Of a stretch of DNA of 64,000 nucleotides, positions 18,719 through 30,157 are shown piece by piece (positions within the stretch are counted from its first letter, which is position 1; each line of letters begins with the position of its first letter). Location: contig CANNQU010000006.1 in the NCBI GenBank assembly GCA_947507965.1, positions 1,275-65,274 on the forward strand. The letters are read 5' to 3'. Origin of the DNA: Bacteroidota bacterium (lineage in GTDB: Bacteria; Bacteroidota; Bacteroidia; UKL13-3). The notes under the pieces were generated by a model. That model worked only from the letters and a program-made list of their open reading frames with translations, did not search any database and was not told the DNA's origin. Position numbers and translations under genes: made by a program.

Positions 18719-21604
18719 TCAATGATTCATTTCAAGTCGTGCCTTCAAAAATGCTGCCGTATAACTTTCCTTACAGGTTGCCAAGTCCTCCGGTGTGCCT
18801 GCGAATATCAGGTTTCCTCCGGCATCGCCGCCCTCCGCACCAAGGTCAATTACCCAGTCGGCACATTTAATAATATCTATATTGTGTTCAATAACGATTA
18901 TGCTATGACCCTGTACGAGCAATGCATGAAAAGAAGCAAGTAATTTGTTGATATCATGGAAATGCAGGCCGGTGGTAGGCTCGTCAAATATAAACAATAC
19001 ATGTTCGCTGGTATGTGTGCCCTTTCCAAGGAAGGAGGCAAGTTTCACTCGCTGTGCCTCTCCACCACTTAAAGTATTGCTACTCTGCCCCAGTTGAACA
19101 TAGCCTAAACCCACATCTTGCAAAGGCTTGATTCGATTGATAATGGTTTTTTCTCCCTCAAAAAATGCCATCGCTTCATCGATGGTAAGGCATAACACCT
19201 CAAAAATATTTTTCTCGTTAAAGGTCACATCCAATACCTCCGATTTGAAGCGCTTCCCTTTGCAATCATCGCATGGTAAGTGTACATCGGCCATAAACTG
19301 CATTTCAACGGTAATGTCGCCTTCGCCTTTGCACTGGTCGCATCGGCCTCCATCAACGTTGAAACTAAAATGGGCTGGGGTGAAGCCATGAGCGCGAGAG
19401 GCAGGTTGCTCGGCGTATAACGACCGTATGGCATCGTATGCTTTTACATAGGTTACCGGGTTGCTTCTCGATGATTTTCCAATCGGGTTTTGGTCCACCA
19501 TTTCTACCTGGCTGATACTTTTTATATCCCCATTGAGGGTAGAATATTTTCCAATAATCTCCGGTGCCATACCTTCAATTTGCTTTTTAAGGGCAGGATA
19601 TAAAATGGTTTTTACCAAACTGGTTTTTCCACTTCCACTCACCCCGGTAACCACCGTGAGTGTGTTCAGGGGGAACTTAACATCAATGTTTTTTAAGTTA
19701 TTTTCTTTGGCTCCTGTCAACTCAATAAAATTATTCCATTTTCTGCGAGATGTTGGAATGGAAATTTTTTCATTGCCATTTAAGTATCGAGCGGTTAAGC
19801 TGTTGTTGTTTTTTAGGAGTTCAGTAGGAGTGCCTTGTGCCACTAAATAGCCTCCGCCAACTCCCGCCAATGGGCCGATATCAATGAGCACATCCGCCGC
19901 TCGCATGATGTCTTCTTCGTGTTCTACAACAATAACGGTGTTTCCCAAGTTCCTTAATTTAATCAATACACTCAATAAGCGTTGGGTGTCGCGCGGGTGT
20001 AATCCAATGCTAGGCTCATCTAAAATATATAAAGAGCCTACCAAACTGCTGCCTAAGGAGGTTGCTAAATTAATACGCTGGCTTTCCCCTCCGCTTAGCG
20101 AATTACTCAAACGATTAAGTGTTAGATAACCTAACCCTACATCATGCAAGAAACTTAATCGATTGGTTACTTCTATTAATATACGGGAAGCTATTTTGGC
20201 GTCGTTGTCATTTAATTTTAAGTTTTTGAAATAGTCCCAAGCCTTATCCACGCTCATTAAAACAATGTCGGTAATGCTTTTGAAGTTTTTGGGTTCTTTG
20301 CTGTTAAGGTCTTTCAGGTGCACATACTGCGCGTCTTTTCGTAACCTGGATCCTCTGCAATCGGGACATATTTTTCGTCCACGATAACGACTTAACAGTA
20401 CACGGTACTGTATTTTATAGAGTTGACTTTCTACTTCTGCAAAAAAATCGTTGATACCCCCAAAATGTTTACAACCTTTCCATAGCAGATCTTTCTCTGT
20501 TTCGTTGAGTTCACTATAGGATCGATGTATTGGGAAATCGGCTTTGATGGCACCTTTTATTACTTGCTCTTTCCAGCTGCTTAAAATAGCACCTCGCCAA
20601 CATGCAACGGCATCATCATACACACTTTTATTGGTATCGGGGATGACTAAATTTTCGTCTATTCCTAAAACACTTCCAAACCCCTCGCAGGCTTTACAAG
20701 CGCCATAGGGATTATTAAAACTAAAGAAAGGAACACTAGGGATTTCAAATTGAATGCCATCGGCCTCAAATTTATTATTAAAGTTTTTTTCGGTGGCCGC
20801 ATTTTCATGGTCTACTATTTTAATATAGCACGAACCGTTGCCTTCGGCAAAAGCCGTTTGAACCGAATCGCTGATACGATTGATAAGGTCCTCATCATTG
20901 GCTTTTACGGTAATACGATCAATGAGCAGCGAAACATTTTCGTAAAAAAGGGTCTTTGTTTTTTGCTTTTTTAAAGAATCTTCAAAATGTTTGATGCCCC
21001 CTTCCTCTATCAGATCGTCAATTCGTTTGGGTACATCGTTTACTAACAACCGAGAATAGCCACGTTGCTGAATGGCTTGGATTTCCTGTGCAAACGTCTT
21101 CTCCTTCGTTTTTATAATCTTGTTGTAGATGAGGGCTTTGGTTTCATCAGGAAAGGATAAAATATAATCAACGACATCCGTCACGGTCTGCGTTTTTACT
21201 TCTGTGCCACTAACCGGCGAATATGTTTTACCCACCCTTGCAAAAAGCAGTTTGAGATAATCGTAAATTTCAGTGCTCGTACCTACCGTACTCCTTGGAT
21301 TACGTGTGTTTACTTTTTGTTCTATGGCAGTAGCGGGTGCTATGCCTTTAATATAATCAACTTCAGGTTTGTTGAGTTTACCCATAAACTGCCGAGCATA
21401 GGCACTCAAGCTCTCTACGTAGCGGCGCTGGCCTTCTGCATAGATGGTGTCGAAGACTAAACTGCTTTTACCACTTCCACTTACTCCGGTTACCACGACT
21501 AATTTGTTGCGTGGGATGGCGACATCAATGTTTTTTAAATTGTGCATCCGTGCACCTTTTACAATCAGGTACTCACGAGGAGATAAAGAATTGAAATCAC
21601 TCAT
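18719..21604 (-). CDS. uvrA: Excinuclease ABC subunit A
   Basis: Two GVSGSGK Walker A motifs, LSGGE signatures, CxxC zinc fingers. Confidence 0.97.
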   Translation of the reverse strand: MSDFNSLSPREYLIVKGARMHNLKNIDVAIPRNKLVVVTGVSGSGKSSLVFDTIYAEGQRRYVESLSAYARQFMGKLNKPEVDYIKGIAPATAIEQKVNTRNPRSTVGTSTEIYDYLKLLFARVGKTYSPVSGTEVKTQTVTDVVDYILSFPDETKALIYNKIIKTKEKTFAQEIQAIQQRGYSRLLVNDVPKRIDDLIEEGGIKHFEDSLKKQKTKTLFYENVSLLIDRITVKANDEDLINRISDSVQTAFAEGNGSCYIKIVDHENAATEKNFNNKFEADGIQFEIPSVPFFSFNNPYGACKACEGFGSVLGIDENLVIPDTNKSVYDDAVACWRGAILSSWKEQVIKGAIKADFPIHRSYSELNETEKDLLWKGCKHFGGINDFFAEVESQLYKIQYRVLLSRYRGRKICPDCRGSRLRKDAQYVHLKDLNSKEPKNFKSITDIVLMSVDKAWDYFKNLKLNDNDAKIASRILIEVTNRLSFLHDVGLGYLTLNRLSNSLSGGESQRINLATSLGSSLVGSLYILDEPSIGLHPRDTQRLLSVLIKLRNLGNTVIVVEHEEDIMRAADVLIDIGPLAGVGGGYLVAQGTPTELLKNNNSLTARYLNGNEKISIPTSRRKWNNFIELTGAKENNLKNIDVKFPLNTLTVVTGVSGSGKTSLVKTILYPALKKQIEGMAPEIIGKYSTLNGDIKSISQVEMVDQNPIGKSSRSNPVTYVKAYDAIRSLYAEQPASRAHGFTPAHFSFNVDGGRCDQCKGEGDITVEMQFMADVHLPCDDCKGKRFKSEVLDVTFNEKNIFEVLCLTIDEAMAFFEGEKTIINRIKPLQDVGLGYVQLGQSSNTLSGGEAQRVKLASFLGKGTHTSEHVLFIFDEPTTGLHFHDINKLLASFHALLVQGHSIIVIEHNIDIIKCADWVIDLGAEGGDAGGNLIFAGTPEDLATCKESYTAAFLKARLEMNH

Positions 21605-21654
21605 TTTTCTGGCGTGCAAAGGTCGTGTTTTTCAATGATAAAATTTTAAAGAAG

Positions 21655-23202
21655 TTAACTTTTGAATTCTCCAAACACCGAACGCATCGCATCGGCTATT
21701 TCTCCTAAGGTGGCGTATTGCTCTACGGCATCCACGATCAATGGCATTAAATTTTCTGTTCCTTGGGCAGCACGTGTAATTTTTTGTAGTGAAGTCGTCA
21801 CCGCAATATTGTCTCGCTCTTTTCTTAATTGCTTTAGTTTTAATGATTGTGTTTTACGTATGCTGTCATCTACACGCAATAAGGGGGTGTCATTTTTTTC
21901 TTCTGAAGTGAATTTATTAACACCGACAACGATTTTTTCACTACGCTCAATTTCTTTTTGATACTTATAGGAGGCCTTCGCGATTTCGTCTTGAATATAT
22001 CCATTTTCAGTAGCTGTCACACTGCCTCCCATGGCATCAATTTTTTTTATATAGTGCCAAGCTTCTGTTTCTATGGTATTGGTGAGCTCTTCTACAAAAA
22101 AACTACCTCCTAATGGATCTACCGTATTGGTTATACCACTCTCATAAGCGATGAGCTGCTGTGTACGTAAAGCAATACTGGCAGCCGATTCAGTAGGTAG
22201 GGAGAGTGCTTCATCGAAGCCATTGGTATGCAAGGATTGTGTGCCACCAAGTACGGCAGCTAATGCTTGCAACGCTACCCGTACAATATTATTTTGCGGC
22301 TGTTGTGCGGTGAGTGTGCTACCACCGGTTTGGGTATGAAAACGAAGCATCATAGCCTTCGGATTCGTGGCTCCTAGTTCATGCATGATCTTCGACCACA
22401 TGCGTCGTGCGGCTCGGAACTTGGCGATCTCTTCAAAAAAATCATTATGTGCGTTAAAGAAGAAACTGAGTCGTTCACCAAAAACATTTATATCTAATCC
22501 TTTGGCAAGGGCTGCTTGTACATACGCCTTGCCATTGCTGAGGGTGAAAGCTATTTCCTGCACCGCAGTGCTTCCTGCCTCCCGTATATGATACCCACTA
22601 ATGCTGATGGTATTCCACTTGGGTAATTCTTTGCTGCAGTATTCAAAAATATCGGTGATGATACGCATACTCGCTTTTGGCGGATAAATATACGTGCCAC
22701 GTGCCGCATATTCTTTCAGGATATCGTTTTGTATTGTTCCTGATATTTTCATTAAATCGGCTCCTTGCTTTTTTGCCAATGCAATATACATGGCGAGTAA
22801 AATGGAGGCCGAAGCATTAATGGTCATGCTCGTCGTGATTTTCTCTAACGCAATACCCTCGAATAAGATTTCGATATCGCGCAAGGAGTCAATGGCTACC
22901 CCTACTTTTCCTACCTCTCCATCACTCAGCTCATGATCGCTGTCATATCCTATTTGCGTTGGCAAATCGAAAGCTACACTCAAGCCAGTGGTGCCTTGCT
23001 GCAATAAAAAATGATAACGCTTATTACTTTCTTCGGCCGTACTAAAACCGGCGTACTGTCTCATCGTCCAAAGTCGTCCACGGTACATATTGGGTTGAAC
23101 CCCCCGAGTATAGGGGAACTGCCCGGGCTGTTCATTCATCGTGGACTCTTCGGTATAAACTTCTTTAATGGTTATTCCTGAATCGGTTGTAAACTGGGTC
23201 AT
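21655..23202 (-). CDS. Methylmalonyl-CoA mutase, large (substrate-binding) subunit without B12 domain
   Basis: [49 protein letters not shown]; ends at ATLGEI without a DxHxxG domain. Confidence 0.9.
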   Translation of the reverse strand: MTQFTTDSGITIKEVYTEESTMNEQPGQFPYTRGVQPNMYRGRLWTMRQYAGFSTAEESNKRYHFLLQQGTTGLSVAFDLPTQIGYDSDHELSDGEVGKVGVAIDSLRDIEILFEGIALEKITTSMTINASASILLAMYIALAKKQGADLMKISGTIQNDILKEYAARGTYIYPPKASMRIITDIFEYCSKELPKWNTISISGYHIREAGSTAVQEIAFTLSNGKAYVQAALAKGLDINVFGERLSFFFNAHNDFFEEIAKFRAARRMWSKIMHELGATNPKAMMLRFHTQTGGSTLTAQQPQNNIVRVALQALAAVLGGTQSLHTNGFDEALSLPTESAASIALRTQQLIAYESGITNTVDPLGGSFFVEELTNTIETEAWHYIKKIDAMGGSVTATENGYIQDEIAKASYKYQKEIERSEKIVVGVNKFTSEEKNDTPLLRVDDSIRKTQSLKLKQLRKERDNIAVTTSLQKITRAAQGTENLMPLIVDAVEQYATLGEIADAMRSVFGEFKS

Positions 23203-23490
23203 ATGTCGGCAAAAGTAGGGTATTTTACATTGAATTATTTCAGCCCTGTCAATTACCGGTAATCTAGGTTCAGTAGCCATAAAATAGAGCTCTCATGGAA
23301 GCATGTGGAACGAGGCTTTGTTTTCTGTTGATATGCCTCTTTGGAGAAATTAAGATTTATATTTTCTGCGAAAGGGTGTTTTTCAATTTAAGTGTATTTT
23401 ATCTTAATTTATTTTTTTTCGTATCGGATAATATCAATTAAATTATTTAACATCTTGATTATCACATATTTAATCAGGAACGTTTTGCAC

Positions 23491-23545
23491 AAAGGAAACA
23501 TTTAATAAAAAATATGTTTCCATCGTTTCCTTTTTGGTATATTTG
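23491..23545 (+). promoter_or_regulatory. Putative TetR operator (inverted repeats) next to a -7 promoter box
   Basis: GGAAACAT(23494-23501)-N12-ATGTTTCC(23514-23521); also AAAGGAAAC(23491-23499)/GTTTCCTTT(23525-23533); TATATTTG at 23538-23545, just before the TetR gene. Confidence 0.55.
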
Positions 23546-23558
23546 CGCCATATTTTAA

Positions 23559-24185
23559 ATGGACGAGATTAAAAATAAAATTCTGACCGGAGCAATTAAA
23601 TTATACATGCAGTATGGGGTAAAAAGCCTTACCATGGATGATATTTCTCGCGAATTGGGGATCTCAAAGAAAACCTTATACCTCTACGTTTCCGATAAGG
23701 ATGATTTGGTTCATCAGGCGGTTTCAATGCACCTTAGTGGTGAGGAGCAAGAATGCAATGCGGTATTCAATCAGTTGAATAATCCTATTGTTGAAATGAT
23801 TGAAGTGATAAAATGGCAGTTTAAAACACATGGGAAAATGAACCAGAGTGGGTTATACGACTTGAAGAAATACCATCCCGAAAGCTTCAAGGAGTTTTTG
23901 TCATTCAAAGATCGCAGCATTAAACCTCGGTTAATAGATAACTTGAAACGCGGAATTGAATTGGGGGTGTATCACAGCGATATGAATATCGAATCGACGG
24001 TTCAGGTATATCTGCATTTGATCGATTTCTCGTTTAGTCCCAATATTATCGGATTTAACACCATGGCCAAAATTATGTACGAACTAGTTAAGTACCATCT
24101 GTACTCGGTTACTTCCATCAAAGGCCGGAAAATATTAGTCAAAGAATTAGAAAAATTTAATATCGAATTACAGCAATTTATATGA
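23559..24185 (+). CDS. TetR/AcrR family transcriptional regulator
   Basis: GVKSLTMDDISRELGISKKTLYLY HTH. Confidence 0.93.
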   Translation: MDEIKNKILTGAIKLYMQYGVKSLTMDDISRELGISKKTLYLYVSDKDDLVHQAVSMHLSGEEQECNAVFNQLNNPIVEMIEVIKWQFKTHGKMNQSGLYDLKKYHPESFKEFLSFKDRSIKPRLIDNLKRGIELGVYHSDMNIESTVQVYLHLIDFSFSPNIIGFNTMAKIMYELVKYHLYSVTSIKGRKILVKELEKFNIELQQFI

Positions 24186-25507
24186 AAAGATTAGTATTTC
24201 TCATGCTCTGTTCTGGCATGTTCATTCGGAGTATGGCACAAGCTGAAGCTCCATTAAATCTTTCCTTAGACGAGGCCATTTCGATGGGGTCTAAATACAA
24301 TACCTCGCTTAAAAACGCAGCTATTGATGTAAAATTAGCGGACCAAAAAGTTCGTGAAATTATGAGTTCAGGTTTCCCACAACTCAATGGTTCGGGAAGC
24401 TTGAATGACTATATTAAATCGCCTATTTCATTAATTCCGGCACAAATCTTCGGTGGTCCTCCCGGCACCTATCAAGAGGTTTCCTTTGTTCCAAAATATG
24501 GCCTATCGGGTGGGGTATCGGCCTCACAACTAGTGTTTAATGGAAGTTATTTTTTAGGTGTGAAAGCATCGAAAGAATATGCGGAGTTTATAAAAGTGCA
24601 ACAGGAGAAAACAAAATATGACGTTGAGCGGGATATTACCAAAGCATATCTTACCGTACTTTCTACTCAGGAAACACAAGCAATACTTCAGGAAACGACC
24701 AACCGGATTGACACCCAATTGTATAATGTTAAAGAAATTTATAAGCAAGGGTTAGTAGAAAAGCTTGATGTGGATCGTTTGAAATTGGTTCAGAGTCAAT
24801 TGCAGCAACAACTCACACAGTTAAAAGCAGCTATTGTGGTGCTTAAATCAGTATTAAATCTGCAAATGGGTGTTGATGTAAATAAATCGTTAAACTTAAC
24901 TACCTCATTGGATGAATTGAATAAGATGTTCTCTCTCGAGCGTTATGCCAATGCCGCCTTCGATGTAAATAACAAAATAGAAGTGAGAGTTCTATCAAAA
25001 GGTTTGGAGTTGCAAAAGCTAGCTGTAAAAGCTAATCAAATGGGATATTACCCTTCTTTGGTGGCTTTTGGCACGTATCAATTGAACGGACAGAACAACG
25101 ATTTCAAATTCCCTAAATATTATAAAACAGCTATCGTAGGCCTTCAATTAAGCGTTCCAATTTTTGATGGCTTTGCAAAAGATGCGAAAATAAAACAGTC
25201 GAAACTTACACTTGAGCAGGTTGAAAACACGAAAGCGAATGTACAAAATGCGTTAACCATGGCGTATCTAAATGCAAATAACAACCTGTCGAATGCCAAA
25301 AATCAATTGGAAATAAATAAGCAAACACTTGAATTGGCAGAGTTGGTTTACACCACCACCAAGACGAAGTATGATTTGGGGGTTGGGAGTAGTTTTGAAT
25401 TAATAACGGCGGATAGTGATTTTAAGAATGCCAAAATTCAATTCGTAATCTCTCAATATAATTTGGTGAATTCTATCTTCGATTTAAAAACAGCAATCGG
25501 TAAATAA
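24182..25507 (+). CDS. TolC family outer-membrane efflux protein
   Basis: Signal peptide, LSLDEAI, YYPSL, LSVPIFDGF; overlaps the TetR stop (ATGA-type coupling region). Confidence 0.9.
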   Translation: MKRLVFLMLCSGMFIRSMAQAEAPLNLSLDEAISMGSKYNTSLKNAAIDVKLADQKVREIMSSGFPQLNGSGSLNDYIKSPISLIPAQIFGGPPGTYQEVSFVPKYGLSGGVSASQLVFNGSYFLGVKASKEYAEFIKVQQEKTKYDVERDITKAYLTVLSTQETQAILQETTNRIDTQLYNVKEIYKQGLVEKLDVDRLKLVQSQLQQQLTQLKAAIVVLKSVLNLQMGVDVNKSLNLTTSLDELNKMFSLERYANAAFDVNNKIEVRVLSKGLELQKLAVKANQMGYYPSLVAFGTYQLNGQNNDFKFPKYYKTAIVGLQLSVPIFDGFAKDAKIKQSKLTLEQVENTKANVQNALTMAYLNANNNLSNAKNQLEINKQTLELAELVYTTTKTKYDLGVGSSFELITADSDFKNAKIQFVISQYNLVNSIFDLKTAIGK

Positions 25508-25554
25508 CAGCAATATAAAAATAGCATCTCCGTATTTTAAAATCAAAATCAATT

Positions 25555-26709
25555 ATGTCAAATAAAATAATAGCAATAGTAGTAATCAGTTTGTTTTTTG
25601 CAGCTTGCAAGCAGGATAAAACTGATCTGGGGCTTAAGAAGACCGAGCTGGAAGGATTACTTAAACAGCAAACCGAGTTGAATAGCAAGGTAGCGAAACT
25701 TCGAAAAGAAATCGATGCATTGGATACCCTTGCCATAAATCAGAAGAAGATTAAGGCTGTTGATATCACCGTAGCTTCATTGCAGGAATTCAGACATTTC
25801 ATTGAGGCGTCGGCCGTTGTTGAAAGCGATCAGAATAATTTGATTACCGCAAAAACCCCTGGTTTTGTAATTAATGGAATTTTGGTTAAACCCGGCGACC
25901 AGGTGAGTGCCGGTCAAACCTTATGTACTGTTGATAACAGTGCCTTGGTTCAAAGTTTAGAAGCCATTAAGGTACAAGTAAATTTGGCCCAAACAGCATT
26001 CGATCGTCAAAAGACACTATGGGATAAAAAGATAGGAAGTGAGATTCAATATCTGCAAGCCAAAGCACAGAAAGAGGCCAGTGAAAAACAGAAGGCCAAT
26101 TTGGAGGTAACCATTTCTAATACCAATATTTATGCCCCTTACGCGGGTACCATCGATGCGGTGAATTTTAAATTAGGCGATAATACGGCTGCCTTCAGTC
26201 CGGCACAAAATTTTGGAGGTATTCGAATTGTAAATAATAGTCGATTGAAGTTAACTGCAAAATTGGCGGATACGTATATCAATAAAGTACATGTAGGCGA
26301 TCGTGTGAAATTTGTAATTCCCGATTTGAACAATAAAGAGGTGGAGGCCACCGTGTCGTATGTGGCAGGAACGATTAGTGATAAAAGAACTTTTGATATT
26401 ATCGTTTGGTTGTCAAATAATGTCGACTTAAAACCCAATATGAATGCTACTTTGAAAATTAATGATCTAAGCTTGAAAAATGTTATTGTGGTGAGTGAGA
26501 ATATTATTCAAAGTTCTGAAGGGCAAAAATCTTTACTGGTTTTAACCCATGAAGGTGGGAAAAGCCGGGTACGAAAGTTACTCATCACCACGGGCGAAAA
26601 TTATGGTGGTTTAGTGGTGGTGAATGGCTTAAAGGAAGGTGATGAAATTGTCACCACTGGGTTTTCAGGTATTAATGATGGTGAAGAAGTTAAGCATCTG
26701 CCATTATAA
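25555..26709 (+). CDS. RND efflux periplasmic adaptor (lipoprotein)
   Basis: Lipobox FAAC, VKPGDQVSAGQ, IYAPYAGTI, GLKEGDEIV. Confidence 0.92.
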   Translation: MSNKIIAIVVISLFFAACKQDKTDLGLKKTELEGLLKQQTELNSKVAKLRKEIDALDTLAINQKKIKAVDITVASLQEFRHFIEASAVVESDQNNLITAKTPGFVINGILVKPGDQVSAGQTLCTVDNSALVQSLEAIKVQVNLAQTAFDRQKTLWDKKIGSEIQYLQAKAQKEASEKQKANLEVTISNTNIYAPYAGTIDAVNFKLGDNTAAFSPAQNFGGIRIVNNSRLKLTAKLADTYINKVHVGDRVKFVIPDLNNKEVEATVSYVAGTISDKRTFDIIVWLSNNVDLKPNMNATLKINDLSLKNVIVVSENIIQSSEGQKSLLVLTHEGGKSRVRKLLITTGENYGGLVVVNGLKEGDEIVTTGFSGINDGEEVKHLPL

Positions 26710-26751
26710 GATCCATCGGAAGTTAGAATATTTAGTTAAATCAATCGAAAA

Positions 26752-29700
26752 ATGAAGAAGGAATTTAAACCCACTACCTGGGCTATAAAAAATAAAACGG
26801 CGGTATATATTATTACCATATTGCTTTCCATTGCGGGTATGTCTATTTATAGCTCCTTGCCTAAGGAACGCTTCCCCGATGTGGTGATGCCTACCATATT
26901 TGTACAAACGATTTATCCAGGCGTATCTCCTACCGATATAGAAACTTCGGTAACACAGCCGCTCGAAAAGCAACTGAAATCGATAAGTGGAGTTAAGAAA
27001 GTAACCAGTACTTCAATGGAGAGTGTGTCGATTGTAACGGTAGAGTTTAATTCTAAAGTGAAGATAGAAGAAGCTAAACAGAAAGTACGTGATGCTTTGG
27101 ATAAAGCCCAGAATGATATTCCGGCTGATGCGCAAAAAAATCAGGCTATTGGAGAATTTGATATTAGTGAGCTTCCTATCATGAATATCAATCTAAGTGG
27201 AGATTTTGATGCCTTGAAATTAAAGGCATTTGCGAAAATGCTGAAAGATAAAATAGAAGGAAACATAGAGATAAAACGATGCGATATCATCGGGGCACTT
27301 GATCGTGAAATAAAAGTTAACATCGATTTAAACAAGATGCTTACCTACCAACTTTCGTTCGATGATGTAGAGAATCAATTTCGGTACAATAATGTAAATA
27401 TTAGCGGTGGAAATATACTGGTTGGTGATATTCGTCGCACGTTGCGAGTTACCGGTGAGTTCAAAAATTTGGAGGAGATAAGAAATATGATCGTGCGCAC
27501 CCCATCGGGCACGGCGCTTCACCTATATGAATTTGCGGAGGTAAGTGATGACACCAAAGACCGTGAATCTTTTGCTCGCTTGGATGATAAACCGGTAGTA
27601 ACCGTTAATGTGATAAAACGTGCCGGAGAAAATTTGATTAACGCAGCCGATAAAATTAAAATAACGATAGCACAGTTTCAAAAAGAAGGCAAATACCCGG
27701 AAAGCTTAAAAGTGACACTCACCGGCGACTTGAGTAAACAAACGCAACATCAATTAGACGACTTAATTAATACCGTCATTTTGGGGTTTTTATTCGTAAC
27801 AATTGTTTTGATGTTTTTTATGGGGGTGGAAAATGCATTTTATGTTGGGCTTTCTGTGCCATTAAGCTCCTTACTTGCTTTTTTATTTATGCCGTCATTG
27901 GGTTTCTCGCTTAATTTAATTGTGTTGTTCTCGTTTTTATTGGCGCTTGGAATTGTCGTCGATGATGCCATCGTGGTGATCGAAAATACGCATCGTATAT
28001 TCAATAAACATAAAGATATTACTTTGTTCAATGCAGCAAAAGAGGCAGCCGGTGAAGTTTTTATTCCGGTACTCACGGGTACGTTAACCAATGTAGCTCC
28101 TTTCTTTCCACTGCTCTTCTGGCCTGGAATTGCGGGTAAGTTCTTTTATTTTCTGCCAGTTACATTAATTATAACGTTGTTTGCGTCGTTAGTTGTTGCC
28201 TTTATAATTAATCCGGTATTTGCCGTTTCGTTTATGAAACGCGATCATGAGTATAAACAGGATAGCTTTCGTCGATATCGTAAACCTATTATGGTGTTGC
28301 TTATTTTGGGTACTGCCTTGCATCTGATGGGTTGGGCTTCCAACTCCTTAGCGATGCATGGCTTTGGTAATTTCGTGCTATCTTGTATTGTCATCCTCGC
28401 CATCGTGCATTACCTCTTTAATCCTTTAATTCATGCCTTTCAGGATAACCTGCTTCCACGAATGCGTAATGGATATCGCAGCATCGTAACGTTTGCCATT
28501 CGAGGTTCTCATTCTCGGTGGATTTTTAGTGGTGCCATTCTCTTTTTCTTCATCAGTATCTTTATCTTTATTTCCTCCAAGCCTAAAGTTGAGTTCTTCC
28601 CTTCTGGCGACCCAAATTTTGTATATGTATATTGCGAGTTACCTATTGGAACGGAAGTTCATTATACCGACAGCATCACCAAGATTTTGGAAAGAAAGGT
28701 AAACGAATCGATTGTTAATGATAAGGAAATTGTGGAATCGGTGATTGCCAATGTTGCCATTGGTGCAGGCGATCCTCGAAATCCTGATAGAGCAGCCCAA
28801 TCTCACAAGAGTAAAGTTACCGTTGCCTTCAAGGAGTTTGAGCATCGTCATGGTAAATCAACGTCGCTAATTCTAAAAGCAATACGCAATAATATTAAAG
28901 ATATTCCTGGAACTTCGATCTCTGTGGAGCAAGAGCAAAATGGTCCTCCTACAGGTAGAGATCTTCAGATTGAGATTACTGGTGATCATTTCGATTCGTT
29001 GGTCGCAATTTCTGCTCGTGTTAAAGCGTTAATTAGTTCTTCAGGAATCCAGGGAATTGATCAATTAAAAACGGATCTTATTTTGGATAAACCGGAGTTG
29101 AAGGTGGTCATTGACAAAGTTAAAGCGCAGAAAGAAGGCTTATCGGTAGGGCAAATAGGTAGCAATCTGTTCGCAGGCCTTAGTGGTAGTAGAAATCCTT
29201 CCAAATTACGTGATGGAGAAGATGAGATACCTATTATTGTTCGCTTACAAGAGCAGTACCGAGCAAAACCAGAAGATCTATTACGGATGAATATTACCTT
29301 TCGTGATATGAGCAGTGGGCAACTAAAAACGGTTCCCTTGGCAGCCGTGGTGACGGTTGAAAATGCAAAAAACTATAATGGAATTAATCGCAAAGGACAG
29401 CGAAGAATGGTTACCCTATATAGTGGATTGGTGAAAGGCTTTAACGGTAATCAGGTAAATGCAGAGTTGAAAAAACTATTGGCCGATGTGACCATGTCAG
29501 ATGGATATGAAATTAAGCAAGGTGGTGCCCAAGAAGATCAGGCGGAAACCAGTATTTTTTTACTTTGGGCCTTCGCAGGAGCCATTGCGTTAATGTTCGT
29601 CGTTATCGTTATTCAATTTAACTCAAGCACCAAGCCATTAATCATATTCTCAACGATTGTATTTAGTCTTTCGGGAGTGTTTTTAGGATACGCTATTTCT

Positions 29701-30150
29701 GGACGGCCATTCGTTATTGCAATGTCAGGCGTTGGCATCCTTGCCTTGGCAGGTATTGTAGTAAAAAATGGTATTATCCTAATCGAGTTTATTGATGAAC
29801 TGAAAGCTCGTGGAATGCGTACACGTCAGGCTATTATTGAAGGTGGGGTTACACGTATGACGCCTGTATTGCTTACCGCCTTGGCTGCAATTTTAGGCTT
29901 GATACCACTGGCCGTAGGTGTGAATATGAATTTTGGAGGCTTATTTACTTCCTTTAATCCCAATTTTTATCTCGGTGGAGAAAGTGTTGTTTTCTGGGGT
30001 CCATTGGCCTGGACCATCATTTACGGGTTAATTGTGGCTACGTTTCTTACCCTGATTGTAGCCCCAAGTATGTATTTGATTCGGTACAGGCTAAAGCTAA
30101 AACAATTGCGCAAACGTCAGACGAAGCGGATATTGAATAGTAGCAATTAA
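26752..30150 (+). CDS. RND efflux permease (AcrB/AcrD/AcrF family)
   Basis: GIVVDDAIVVIEN, GIVVKNGIILIEF, RMTPVLLT. Confidence 0.95.
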   Translation: MKKEFKPTTWAIKNKTAVYIITILLSIAGMSIYSSLPKERFPDVVMPTIFVQTIYPGVSPTDIETSVTQPLEKQLKSISGVKKVTSTSMESVSIVTVEFNSKVKIEEAKQKVRDALDKAQNDIPADAQKNQAIGEFDISELPIMNINLSGDFDALKLKAFAKMLKDKIEGNIEIKRCDIIGALDREIKVNIDLNKMLTYQLSFDDVENQFRYNNVNISGGNILVGDIRRTLRVTGEFKNLEEIRNMIVRTPSGTALHLYEFAEVSDDTKDRESFARLDDKPVVTVNVIKRAGENLINAADKIKITIAQFQKEGKYPESLKVTLTGDLSKQTQHQLDDLINTVILGFLFVTIVLMFFMGVENAFYVGLSVPLSSLLAFLFMPSLGFSLNLIVLFSFLLALGIVVDDAIVVIENTHRIFNKHKDITLFNAAKEAAGEVFIPVLTGTLTNVAPFFPLLFWPGIAGKFFYFLPVTLIITLFASLVVAFIINPVFAVSFMKRDHEYKQDSFRRYRKPIMVLLILGTALHLMGWASNSLAMHGFGNFVLSCIVILAIVHYLFNPLIHAFQDNLLPRMRNGYRSIVTFAIRGSHSRWIFSGAILFFFISIFIFISSKPKVEFFPSGDPNFVYVYCELPIGTEVHYTDSITKILERKVNESIVNDKEIVESVIANVAIGAGDPRNPDRAAQSHKSKVTVAFKEFEHRHGKSTSLILKAIRNNIKDIPGTSISVEQEQNGPPTGRDLQIEITGDHFDSLVAISARVKALISSSGIQGIDQLKTDLILDKPELKVVIDKVKAQKEGLSVGQIGSNLFAGLSGSRNPSKLRDGEDEIPIIVRLQEQYRAKPEDLLRMNITFRDMSSGQLKTVPLAAVVTVENAKNYNGINRKGQRRMVTLYSGLVKGFNGNQVNAELKKLLADVTMSDGYEIKQGGAQEDQAETSIFLLWAFAGAIALMFVVIVIQFNSSTKPLIIFSTIVFSLSGVFLGYAISGRPFVIAMSGVGILALAGIVVKNGIILIEFIDELKARGMRTRQAIIEGGVTRMTPVLLTALAAILGLIPLAVGVNMNFGGLFTSFNPNFYLGGESVVFWGPLAWTIIYGLIVATFLTLIVAPSMYLIRYRLKLKQLRKRQTKRILNSSN

Positions 30151-30157
30151 CTCCGGA

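Noticed and set aside
23203-23490. Possible cobalamin riboswitch upstream of the mutase
   Set aside because: No recognisable B12-box, and a -7 promoter box lies 7 nt from the ATG, leaving no room for a leader.
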